From a virus (lineage: Duplodnaviria; Caudoviricetes): DNA of 64,000 nt. Under the pieces are notes generated by a model. That model did no database searches, was not told where the DNA came from, and saw nothing but the letters and a program-made list of their open reading frames with translations. The number at the start of each line of letters is the position of its first letter. The stretch's first letter is position 1. This document shows positions 18,773-27,451 of the stretch, in pieces. The stretch is taken from IMG/VR virus record IMGVR_UViG_3300041409_000610, positions 1 through 64,000 of that record; one strand, 5' to 3'. Position numbers and translations under genes: made by a program.

Positions 18773-19221
18773 CCGGAGTCGACCCGTGGCTGGCGGGAGA
18801 GCTGCGGTTGGCCCAGCGCCAGGGCTTGCTGACCGGCCGCCACCTGTCCGACGTGCAGGCCAACTCGATCACGATCCTCGACTGGATCGATCGTCTGGGC
18901 AGCTTCCGGCGCGACGGCGAGCACGAGCTGCTCATCCTCAAGGCCGCCCTGATCGCGCGCAACGAGCCCGAGCGCTTCATGCCCGAGACCCTGTTCGCGG
19001 ATTGGTTCAAGAGCCCAACTGATGACGAAGATCCCGAGTCGCTCGACGTCGAGACGCAGGAAGGCAAGCTCGGCGTGGACTACTCGGCCGTGGACTTCAA
19101 GGGCAGCGAGGCCATGGACGAGTACCAGGCGCTGATGCGCCAGCTCGGCGAGATGACCTCGGGGTCCTTCAACGGTACGGAACTGCGCATCGCCGGAGGA
19201 GAGGACGGGGGGTGGCTCTAG
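18754..19221 (+). CDS. -1 frameshift extension of the tail assembly chaperone (GT-like)
   Basis: G GGA AAA at 18754-18760; -1 frame is open (KSVGLTGVDPWL...GGWL) to TAG 19221, directly before the tape measure start. Confidence 0.75.
   Translation, partial: GKSVGLTGVDPWLAGELRLAQRQGLLTGRHLSDVQANSITILDWIDRLGSFRRDGEHELLILKAALIARNEPERFMPETLFADWFKSPTDDEDPESLDVETQEGKLGVDYSAVDFKGSEAMDEYQALMRQLGEMTSGSFNGTELRIAGGEDGGWL
18990..19025 (+). promoter_or_regulatory. conserved bipartite motif, copy 7 (intragenic, upstream of tape measure)
   Basis: CCTGTTC-N17-CCCAACT-GATGA; codons here are unusually A/T-ending (CCA ACT GAT). Confidence 0.6.
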
Positions 19222-21699
19222 GTGCCGAAGAAGAACCGCAGCGGTGGTGACTCGACGCCGACCGGGCGTCCCCGGCAGTCCACATCCGCCGACGAGATGC
19301 TCGCTCAGGGCCGGATCCCCATGGGCCCGCAGGGCCAATCCGGCAAGGACCCGCTGAAGGTCCAGCTGGTCTCCGGCGACAAGGAGTTCTTCGAGGCGCT
19401 CAAGTCGGCGCTGGGCACCGGCACCGGCGCGGCCACCGGGTCGAATGAGCAGTTCCAGGCGATGCTCTCGTCTTCGGAGGCCATGCAGCAGGCCGCGCGC
19501 GAGATCACCTCGGAGCTGAGGACGTCCGTGGCGATGATGCGCGATCTCCAGGTCCGCTCCACCGAGAACCTGAACCGGATGACCGAGCAGACCGCCCGGG
19601 ACCGGCAGGTCGACCGGGACCAGATGGACACCCTGATCCAGCTGCTCTCGGGTGGCGGCGGGATCGGCGGAGGCGGTGGTCACGGCGGGGGCGGTCATGG
19701 CGGTGGTGGAGGAGGCCATGGTGGCGGGTACTACGACCCCAGCCGGGGCGGCTTCACCTCCTACGGCGGCATCGGCAGCCGCGTAAACGCCCGCCTGGCG
19801 ACCGCGCTGCACCAGAACTACGGCACGCCCTCGCTGGGCCAGCACTCCAGTGCGCACACCACGCGCAACGCCGCGATGATGAGCCGGGCCGCCGGGGCGC
19901 TGGCGCACGGCGGGATCGGCGCAGGCCTGCGCCGGGTGCCCTACATCGGCGCCGCCATCACGGCGGTGGAGGGCGTCAACGACGCGGCCGAGTGGCTCAC
20001 CAACGAGCGCGCGAAGAACGCCCAGTACCAGAGCATGCTGGGCGGCCAGAACAGCTCCATGGACAACCGGGGCAACCCGGTGACCTCCATGGGCGGCCTG
20101 ATGGGCGACCTCTCGGAGTTCTTCTCCGGCCAGTCCTCCTCGTCGACCTCCGGGCTCGGCAACCGGATGGCCGAAGAGGGCTACGTGATGGGCCAGCGCT
20201 TCTCCGGCGGCGGCTTCGACGAGACCAGCGCCCGGCAGCTGTTTCAGGGCGTCACGAGCCTGGGCTACACCGGCGACCGGCGCGCGGGCGCCCTGGACTT
20301 CGCCAGCTCGAACTACAAGACCATGGGCATGGGCCAGGACGAGTCCATGCAGCTGATCGCGACGTCGGCGAAGTACGCCCAGTCGAGCCTCCAGGGGCTC
20401 TCCCGTGAGCTTCAGAACGTCACCAAGACGGCCGTCCGGACCGGGCAGAGCGCCCAGGTCGTCCGGCAGGCCTTCGCTGAGACGTACGCGGCCGCGCTCC
20501 AGGCGTCGGGCGGGGCCGGATCCGGCGCGCTCGCGGCCGCCGCCACGAACATGACCGGCGCGGGCGGGCGCCTGCTGGCGGGCTCGAACCCGCTCTCGGT
20601 GCTGAACGACCCGACCTCGAAGTACCAGATGGCCGGGTCCATGGGCATGACGCCCAGCCAGCTGGAGGCGGCCGGGCAGACGAACCCGGGCATCACCATG
20701 CAGGCGCTGGGGAAGCGCTCGGACATGTACATGCGCTCCCTGGGCACCGGCACCATGAGCACGCTCAACGACCTGATCGGCCAGCAGGGCGGCAAGCAGA
20801 AGGTGGCCGCCGACTCGAACCTCATGGGCAACGTGGCCAGCCAGCTGATGGCCAGCCAGGGCTACGACATCACGGTGGCCAAGAACATCGTGGGCCAGAT
20901 CGACCCGAGCATGGCCAACGCCAGCGACTCGGCTATCGCGCAGTACATCGTGAACTACGTGGCGGGCAACAATCCCGGGAACCAGGCCGCTGCGCTGAAG
21001 GACTCGATGACGCCCAAGAACATCTCCTCGGGCGAGCGGGACAAGATCAAGAACCCGAACAACCAGGGCGACCCGACCGGCAAGGGGTTCGGCAACTTCG
21101 CCTGGGACCAGAACAAGCGCGGCAAGGACATGCAGTCCGACGCGGGCATGTGGTCGAACCTGTTCAACGGCGACCAGACCGAGCAGGGCTACAACCTCCA
21201 GGTCAACTCGGACTACTACAACGAGCTGACCAAGGGCACCGGCAAGTCCGACCCGGTGATCGAGAAGCTGATCTCCGAGTACGGCACCGACCCGAACATC
21301 CGGTTCAAGGTCAAGACGAAGAACGGCGATAAGGCCGTCACCTTCGGAGAGGCGATCCGGAACTTCTCCGACCAGCTCTCGTCGGGCCAGGCGTCCATCG
21401 TTTCGTCCAATAAGGACATCAACAACCGTCAGGTGAAGGACCTCGCCGGGAGCACCGGCGCGCAGGTCACTTCCGACAAGAACGACTGGCAGGGCTCGGA
21501 CTTCAACAAGGTGGCCGACGAGATCGGCGCGGGCACAGCCGACCAGGCGGCTGCGGACAACAGCGGCGGCGGCTCGATCACGCTCTCGCTGTCCCCCGAG
21601 GCGCAGCGGCTGTTCCAGGTCAACACGAGCGGCAATGTGGACCTGGACAACTCGGCCTCGGCCGGGCGCCCGTCTCCGCAGTCGACGGGGCCGAAGTAA
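19222..21699 (+). CDS. tape measure protein
   Basis: 825 aa Ala/Gly/Ser/Met-rich helical protein after the frameshifted chaperone. Confidence 0.75.
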   Translation: MPKKNRSGGDSTPTGRPRQSTSADEMLAQGRIPMGPQGQSGKDPLKVQLVSGDKEFFEALKSALGTGTGAATGSNEQFQAMLSSSEAMQQAAREITSELRTSVAMMRDLQVRSTENLNRMTEQTARDRQVDRDQMDTLIQLLSGGGGIGGGGGHGGGGHGGGGGGHGGGYYDPSRGGFTSYGGIGSRVNARLATALHQNYGTPSLGQHSSAHTTRNAAMMSRAAGALAHGGIGAGLRRVPYIGAAITAVEGVNDAAEWLTNERAKNAQYQSMLGGQNSSMDNRGNPVTSMGGLMGDLSEFFSGQSSSSTSGLGNRMAEEGYVMGQRFSGGGFDETSARQLFQGVTSLGYTGDRRAGALDFASSNYKTMGMGQDESMQLIATSAKYAQSSLQGLSRELQNVTKTAVRTGQSAQVVRQAFAETYAAALQASGGAGSGALAAAATNMTGAGGRLLAGSNPLSVLNDPTSKYQMAGSMGMTPSQLEAAGQTNPGITMQALGKRSDMYMRSLGTGTMSTLNDLIGQQGGKQKVAADSNLMGNVASQLMASQGYDITVAKNIVGQIDPSMANASDSAIAQYIVNYVAGNNPGNQAAALKDSMTPKNISSGERDKIKNPNNQGDPTGKGFGNFAWDQNKRGKDMQSDAGMWSNLFNGDQTEQGYNLQVNSDYYNELTKGTGKSDPVIEKLISEYGTDPNIRFKVKTKNGDKAVTFGEAIRNFSDQLSSGQASIVSSNKDINNRQVKDLAGSTGAQVTSDKNDWQGSDFNKVADEIGAGTADQAAADNSGGGSITLSLSPEAQRLFQVNTSGNVDLDNSASAGRPSPQSTGPK

Positions 21700-22412
21700 T
21701 GGGCAGCGCGAGCATCGGCGGCGTCCGCTTCCGGATCGACCCTTCCCAGGTGTCGATCCCCTACAAGATGAACGTCGCCGTCACCCCGACCGTCGGTGGG
21801 CGCGTGGTGCAGGTGCACGGAGTGACCTTCGGCGACATGACCATCCGGGGTCTGTTCGGCCAGGACCGGGCGAATCGGCGTGAGTCCTGGCAGCTGGCCG
21901 AAGACTTCTCCACAGCTGTGGGCAAGCTTGTGGACAAGCAGAGCGCCCGGCCGACCATGGCTCAGCTGAGCGGCACCGATCCGGCGCCGATGCACCCGAC
22001 GCTGCGCTTCCTCTACAGCGACGCGAACAGCACGACCCGGCGCGGGCTCCCGGTGCACGACTGGGACTTCAACGTCTACATCAAGAGCCTGCGGGAGATC
22101 GAGGGCGAGTCGACGGTCTCGCACACCACCGGGAAGTACTCCTACGGCTACACCATGACGCTGTTCATCGTGCAGGACAACACCGGCAAGCTTGCTCACG
22201 TGGCTCAGAACGCCTTCATCGACCGGCTCTCGAAGGGCCTGGGGTGGAAGCGCGGCCCGTACAACGGCCTCATGACGGCGGCCGACCTGGCGAGCTACCT
22301 CCAGAGCAAGGGCGCGGCCGACATCCATAGCTACGTCCTCCAGCAGTACCAGAATTCCGTCACCGGAACGGTTCCTGGATCCAGTGCGGCAAGCGGACAG
22401 GGAGGGAAATGA
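21699..22412 (+). CDS. baseplate/tube-initiator-like protein
   Basis: TAATG coupling; FRIDPSQV...TPTVGGRVVQVHG..GDMTIRG. Confidence 0.55.
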   Translation: MGSASIGGVRFRIDPSQVSIPYKMNVAVTPTVGGRVVQVHGVTFGDMTIRGLFGQDRANRRESWQLAEDFSTAVGKLVDKQSARPTMAQLSGTDPAPMHPTLRFLYSDANSTTRRGLPVHDWDFNVYIKSLREIEGESTVSHTTGKYSYGYTMTLFIVQDNTGKLAHVAQNAFIDRLSKGLGWKRGPYNGLMTAADLASYLQSKGAADIHSYVLQQYQNSVTGTVPGSSAASGQGGK

Positions 22413-22606
22413 TGGACAGCAACGGTTCCTGGGGCTCCGACGTGCTGGTCTCCCTCCCGGTCCCGCCCTTCGAGACGCCAGTGCGCCCGGCGGCGTCCGG
22501 CTTCGCCTTCTCGCGCTTCGGGCTTGTGCACGACCTCACGCAGTCCGACCTGGAGACCTACCTCTACCCGACGTTCTCCCCTCTGGACACGCCGGAGCGT
22601 GAGTGA
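22412..22606 (+). CDS. small hypothetical tail protein
   Basis: Coupled to both neighbours by overlapping start/stop codons. Confidence 0.6.
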   Translation: MDSNGSWGSDVLVSLPVPPFETPVRPAASGFAFSRFGLVHDLTQSDLETYLYPTFSPLDTPERE

Positions 22607-23214
22607 TGCCCACTCAGGTCGTCGGCACCCAGACCAACTGCACGCTCTCCTACTCGAAGAGCGGAGTGAACTACTCCTTCAAAACGTGGGCTTACGGTGC
22701 ATCGCATGGGTTTTCGGTCATCGCCACCGAGTCGGCCGGTCGCAAGTACCGGGCCTTCTACCCGCACCAGCGCGCGGTCGACCCGTTCACGGTGACCTTC
22801 CTGCTGAAGGGTTACCCGCATCTTCAGCTGCTGACGAAGTACCTGATCAACTACATGCTCGCCGTGGTGGACACCGGTTCGGTGGCCATGACGGTGAACA
22901 TCCCGTCGCGGAACTTCCTGCGGCAGGGTGTGCCGACCGGCGGTGTGGTCGATCAGGACCAGACCGGCTCGATGCTCTTCATGCCGCAGATCACCTTCGA
23001 TTCCGTGAGCGACCCGCTCGACACCACGGCACCGGTGGTGTCCGGCATCGCGCTGGGCTCGACGGCCGCCGACGACGCGGCGAAGTTCTTCTACCCGGCC
23101 TCGGCGAGCACCAACGATCCGAACGCCACGGCGAATTCCTTCTACGACGCGGCCCCCACCCTGGTCCCGACCCCGGCGACCGACGTGTCCGCTCCCGTCC
23201 ACGGGCCGAGGTGA
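22606..23214 (+). CDS. baseplate-region structural protein
   Basis: TGATG coupling; beta-rich; position. Confidence 0.6.
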   Translation: MPTQVVGTQTNCTLSYSKSGVNYSFKTWAYGASHGFSVIATESAGRKYRAFYPHQRAVDPFTVTFLLKGYPHLQLLTKYLINYMLAVVDTGSVAMTVNIPSRNFLRQGVPTGGVVDQDQTGSMLFMPQITFDSVSDPLDTTAPVVSGIALGSTAADDAAKFFYPASASTNDPNATANSFYDAAPTLVPTPATDVSAPVHGPR

Positions 23215-23218
23215 TCAA

Positions 23219-25813
23219 GTGTCGACCCTCATCTACCAGCCCCGGGTGTACGCCTTCATCTCCGTGATCAACAAGAAGGGCGCCGAGCAGGTCCTGGACA
23301 TCTCCGAGGACCTCACCGGCGGCGACATGAAGCTGCGCACCGAGGGCGTGCACACCTTCGCCTTCCAGCTCCAGAACACCCAGCGGAAGTACGACGGCCT
23401 GATCCGCCCGATGGACCGGATCGTGGTCTCCATGCAGCGCATCGGGCAGCCGCTGCGCGTGTTCTCCGGGTACATGAACAACGGCCCGGTCTTCTCCGTC
23501 TGGCCGCGCGTGCTCGACCTCTCGGCCAGCTGCACCCTGAAGCGCCTCCAGTACTGGTACTGGGACTCCGGCGCGCAGGAGTCGGCGAACCTGATCCAGA
23601 AGGTCGGCTCGAAGACCTCGGGGATTGCGAGCGACCAGCAGGCGAACGCGGGCCAGCCCACCGGCGACGGCGGCATGCGCGACCTCACCCTGAGCATCCT
23701 GGCGGAGGTGGTGCGCTGGCCGAAGGAGAAGGTCCACATTGGAGCGATCCCCGACGACTGGTTCACCTTCGCCACCCAGGTGGGCGACGAGATCATCAAG
23801 GCCAGCGACTACTCGAACCTCATCGGCTCGATGGGCAACGGCCTCTCCGGCGGCTCGGGACTCTCCGGCGGCAGTCTGGCGCACGGCCAGGTAGGGCCGG
23901 GCACCTACGGCGGGCTCGCGCTCGACGCCGAGCAGGCGAAGGACGCCTCGATCATCTACAACGTGGCCGCCGACCGGGGTCTGGAGCCGCGCGCGGCCGC
24001 CCAGGGCATCGCGACCGGCATCGTGGAGTCCCGGCTGAAGAACCTCCAGGGCGGCGACCGCGACTCGGTGGGCGTCTTCCAGCAGCGGCCGAGCCAGGGC
24101 TGGGGCACCGTGGCCGAGTGCACGGACGTCGCGCACGCGTCAGGCAGCTTCTTCGACCGGCTGGTGAAGGTGCCGAACTACAAGACCGCCGACTTCGGGC
24201 TGACCTGCCAGGCGGTCCAGCGCTCGGCCTTCCCGGACAAGTACGCCAAGCAGCAGGCGGCCGCCGAGGCGATCGTAACGGCCATCCAGAAGACCTCCAC
24301 CGAGGCCGGGAACGCCATCGTGGGCTCCGGCGCGGGTAACACCATCGGCTCGACGACGGCCATCGGGAAGCCGCAGGGAGCCACCGGCCGGAACGTGGCC
24401 GCGCAGGCCTACAACCTGATCAAGGGGAACCCGGCCGGGCACATCCGGTACTCCCTCGGCGGCGACGATCCCTACAACTCGCCGGACCCGAAGGTGCTCG
24501 ACTGCTCGTCCTTTGTGGACGTCGCCTACTTCCGCGCCGTGGGCAAGCCCTGGATCAACCCGCGCTCCACGGTCTCCACCGAGCGGCCGAAGTGCATCAT
24601 CATCCCGACCGACATGGCCAAGCAGATCAAGGGCGCGCTGCTGTTCGTCGGCACCGGCCACGTCGAGGTCTCGCTGGGCAACGGCTACTCCGCCGGGGCG
24701 CACACCGACGGCATCCCGCTGGAGAAGCAGGTCTCGATCGTCCAGGCGAACGGCTTCACCGACGGCGGGCTGATCAACGGCGTGAACTACTCGGACGCGG
24801 CCACCACGCAGGCGGCCGCCCAGTTCATCCAGAGCAAGCTGGGCTACTCGGCGAACATCACCGACCAGAACGAGTTCAAGGCGGACGGCGCGGCGGTCGA
24901 CGCGTCCCAGGGCAGCGGCAGCAGCGACACCTCGGCGCTCGATGTATTCAATGCTTTGATCAACGTCTACAGCTGGGGCTACGTGCCGGACCTGGCCGGA
25001 CAGATCCTCGTCGGGCCGCGCGCGCTGATGAACGACCAGCCGATCCTGCCCTTCCTCGGCAACCTGATGTCCGCCTCGATGCGCTCGTGGTGCTCGGCGC
25101 CCAACGGCGACTTCATGGCCTGGTTCCCCGACTACTTCGACCTCTGGGGCATCTCGGCGAAGATGGACGTCCGCTCGATCGAGCTGATGGACTTCACGGT
25201 CACCTGGTCGGACCTCCAGACGGTTACCCACCAGTACGTCATCGGCGTCCCGGCGGGCATCACCAACTCGATCAACACCAGCGGGCAGACCTTCGCCAAC
25301 GGCTCGAACAGCGGGTACGCCTGGCAGCTGACCAGCTCGGGCATCGCCACCATGGAGTTCCCGCAGATCTTCCGGGCGATCTTCGGCCAGGACGCCAGCC
25401 AGCAGTTCCTGGACGAGTTCCTCGGCCGCTTCGGCGCCCGGCCGAACACCGTCACCCTGCCGACTGTGAAGCAGGGCCTGCCGGAGTTCTTCCTGGCGCT
25501 GTTCCTGTTCATGCGCAAGTGGGCCGACCAGTTCTCGGCGAACATCCCGATGACCTGGATGCCCGAGCTGTGGCCGGGCATGATCCTGCGGCTGCCCGAG
25601 TTCAACTTCCAGGCCTACATCACCGAGGTGAACCACAGCTTCAAGACCGGTGAGGACGGCTACTTCCGGACCTCGGCCAGCGTGTGCGCGCCGAGCCGGA
25701 TCAGCCAGAAGACCAACGACGTGTTCGGCCTCCTGCCGCTGGGCGGGAAGCGCTACAACGTCGTCCGCCAGGACCTCGAACCGGCCGACAAGACCCCGCG
25801 AGGCGCCTCGTGA
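23219..25813 (+). CDS. baseplate hub protein with lysozyme-like and NlpC/P60-like peptidoglycan hydrolase domains
   Basis: ATGIVESRLKNLQGGDRDSVGVFQQRPSQGWG (lysozyme-like, catalytic Glu); YSLGG...LDCSSFV...GHVEVSLGNG (NlpC/P60 Cys-His); hub C-terminus MPELWPGMILR...YITEVNHSF. Confidence 0.8.
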   Translation: MSTLIYQPRVYAFISVINKKGAEQVLDISEDLTGGDMKLRTEGVHTFAFQLQNTQRKYDGLIRPMDRIVVSMQRIGQPLRVFSGYMNNGPVFSVWPRVLDLSASCTLKRLQYWYWDSGAQESANLIQKVGSKTSGIASDQQANAGQPTGDGGMRDLTLSILAEVVRWPKEKVHIGAIPDDWFTFATQVGDEIIKASDYSNLIGSMGNGLSGGSGLSGGSLAHGQVGPGTYGGLALDAEQAKDASIIYNVAADRGLEPRAAAQGIATGIVESRLKNLQGGDRDSVGVFQQRPSQGWGTVAECTDVAHASGSFFDRLVKVPNYKTADFGLTCQAVQRSAFPDKYAKQQAAAEAIVTAIQKTSTEAGNAIVGSGAGNTIGSTTAIGKPQGATGRNVAAQAYNLIKGNPAGHIRYSLGGDDPYNSPDPKVLDCSSFVDVAYFRAVGKPWINPRSTVSTERPKCIIIPTDMAKQIKGALLFVGTGHVEVSLGNGYSAGAHTDGIPLEKQVSIVQANGFTDGGLINGVNYSDAATTQAAAQFIQSKLGYSANITDQNEFKADGAAVDASQGSGSSDTSALDVFNALINVYSWGYVPDLAGQILVGPRALMNDQPILPFLGNLMSASMRSWCSAPNGDFMAWFPDYFDLWGISAKMDVRSIELMDFTVTWSDLQTVTHQYVIGVPAGITNSINTSGQTFANGSNSGYAWQLTSSGIATMEFPQIFRAIFGQDASQQFLDEFLGRFGARPNTVTLPTVKQGLPEFFLALFLFMRKWADQFSANIPMTWMPELWPGMILRLPEFNFQAYITEVNHSFKTGEDGYFRTSASVCAPSRISQKTNDVFGLLPLGGKRYNVVRQDLEPADKTPRGAS

Positions 25814-26631
25814 CCGGCGCCATGCCCATCCAGGGCCTGAGCATCCAGGCGGTCACCGTGCTGTCCGTGGACGGCAACACGGCGTACGTCCGGTCCGACC
25901 ACACCGGGAAGTCGTTCCCGGTCGCCAGGGACGTGCTCAGGGCGCACGCGCTGCCGCCGATGCCCGGCGAGCGGTGGATCCTCGACATGGCCTACGGGGC
26001 CGACTGGACCTTCTCCGCGATCATCGGCGGCGACCCGGTCAACCCGGTCCTCACGGTGGGCAACTCCTCCGAGCGGCTGGCGATCAAGAACCCGTTCCAG
26101 AACCTCGCGGTCTACCAGCTCGACACCTACTCGATCTGGTACTGGACCGGCTCGGCCTGGGTCGAGCGCATCTCGCCCGCCATGACCGCGCTCCAGGCCC
26201 AGGTCAACGCGCTGCCGCGCGGCCTGGTGAAGATCGTCCGCTGGCCGACGGACATCACCATCGTCAGCCCCACCGGCATCCTGATGGAGTCGCTGGCCGC
26301 GCCGCTCGTGGCCGGTCGCACCTACAAGATCAGCTGGCAGACCAACCAGGCGGGCTCGCTCGCGGCCGGGCCGCCGAACGGCCAGTCGAACATCGTCACG
26401 GCGCCCGGCTCGGTCGTGGCTGGCTCTCCCGTCATCCGGGGAGCGGGCATCCGGGTCTACAACGCCACCCAGGAGGTCTTCACGCTGACCGTGTTCTACG
26501 ACGCCCTGGTGACGGAGACACGGGCGTTCGGCGCCGTGGCCAACTCGGGGTCCACCTCGGCCTCGATCACCTTCTACGGTGCTCAGGGGCGGTTTCTCAG
26601 CGTCGAGGACGTCGGGCCGACCCCGCCGTAA
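25810..26631 (+). CDS. baseplate spike / minor tail protein
   Basis: GTGA overlap; OB-like N-terminus (PMPGERWIL) and VYQLDTYSIWYWTGSAW fibre motif. Confidence 0.55.
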   Translation: MTGAMPIQGLSIQAVTVLSVDGNTAYVRSDHTGKSFPVARDVLRAHALPPMPGERWILDMAYGADWTFSAIIGGDPVNPVLTVGNSSERLAIKNPFQNLAVYQLDTYSIWYWTGSAWVERISPAMTALQAQVNALPRGLVKIVRWPTDITIVSPTGILMESLAAPLVAGRTYKISWQTNQAGSLAAGPPNGQSNIVTAPGSVVAGSPVIRGAGIRVYNATQEVFTLTVFYDALVTETRAFGAVANSGSTSASITFYGAQGRFLSVEDVGPTPP

Positions 26632-26632
26632 G

Positions 26633-26668
26633 CCTGTCGAGCCCCGGAGCCTCCAGCCCAACTAGTAG
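26633..26668 (+). promoter_or_regulatory. conserved bipartite motif, copy 8
   Basis: CCTGTCG-N17-CCCAACT-AGTAG upstream of the baseplate wedge gene. Confidence 0.7.
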
Positions 26669-26687
26669 CCGGGAAGGGAGGTGCGCC

Positions 26688-27122
26688 ATCAAGACGCTCG
26701 CGCTCGTGAATGGCGACCTCGCCATCGGGACGAACGGCGGCTACCTGACGTACTCGGGCGCCCAGCGGATCAAGCAGGACCTGACGCTCGGGCTGACCGA
26801 GGAGTACGGGACCGACCGCTTCCACCCCACCTACGGCTCGGTCGTGCAGGCCTATCTGGGCCAGGTCCTCTCGGCGGACATCATGCAGCTGGTGCGGGCC
26901 GAGGTGAACCGGGTCCTCCAGAACTACCTGGTCATCCAGCAGAATGAGGTCATCCGGGACACCGTGGTCGACGTGCAGGGGCGCTATGACACCTCCGACG
27001 TCGTCCAGTCCGTCGACAACGTGGCCGCCCGGTCCGTGCTCGACACGATCTACATCACGGCGACCCTCACCACTCTCTCGCGCGAGAGCGTGACCATCTC
27101 CCGGCAGGTGACCCCCTCATGA
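26688..27122 (+). CDS. baseplate wedge subunit (gp25-like), probable ATC start
   Basis: KTLALVNGDLAI...IKQDL...GTDRFHPTYGS gp25-like motif; GGGAGG RBS 6 nt before in-frame ATC. Confidence 0.75.
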   Translation: MKTLALVNGDLAIGTNGGYLTYSGAQRIKQDLTLGLTEEYGTDRFHPTYGSVVQAYLGQVLSADIMQLVRAEVNRVLQNYLVIQQNEVIRDTVVDVQGRYDTSDVVQSVDNVAARSVLDTIYITATLTTLSRESVTISRQVTPS

Positions 27123-27451
27123 GGTTCCTCAAGCGCGCTGAGCAGCCCGAACAGCTTCCTCCCGGGACCACCGTGGCGCCCTCGGAGCTGGCCGCCGTCC
27201 GGCAGACGCTGGAGGACGGCCGCGCCTTCGCGCCGCACTGCGACCAGCGGATCCTGCACCCGCCCGGTGAGTGCTGGTCGTGCGATCTGTACCCGGACTG
27301 GCAGAAGCTCCGCGTGCTGTGGGGCATCGACTTCTCCGGCCACTCCACGCCGGGGAACCTGCCGTGCCCCGCCGACTACCACCGTCCGCCGAACTCGCCC
27401 TCCGATCACCGGAACTGGCCGAACAACCGAGCTGAGAGGGAGCGCGGATGA
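27119..27451 (+). CDS. small Cys/His-rich hypothetical protein
   Basis: ATGA overlaps on both sides; PHCDQRILH...CWSCD...PCPAD. Confidence 0.65.
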   Translation: MRFLKRAEQPEQLPPGTTVAPSELAAVRQTLEDGRAFAPHCDQRILHPPGECWSCDLYPDWQKLRVLWGIDFSGHSTPGNLPCPADYHRPPNSPSDHRNWPNNRAERERG

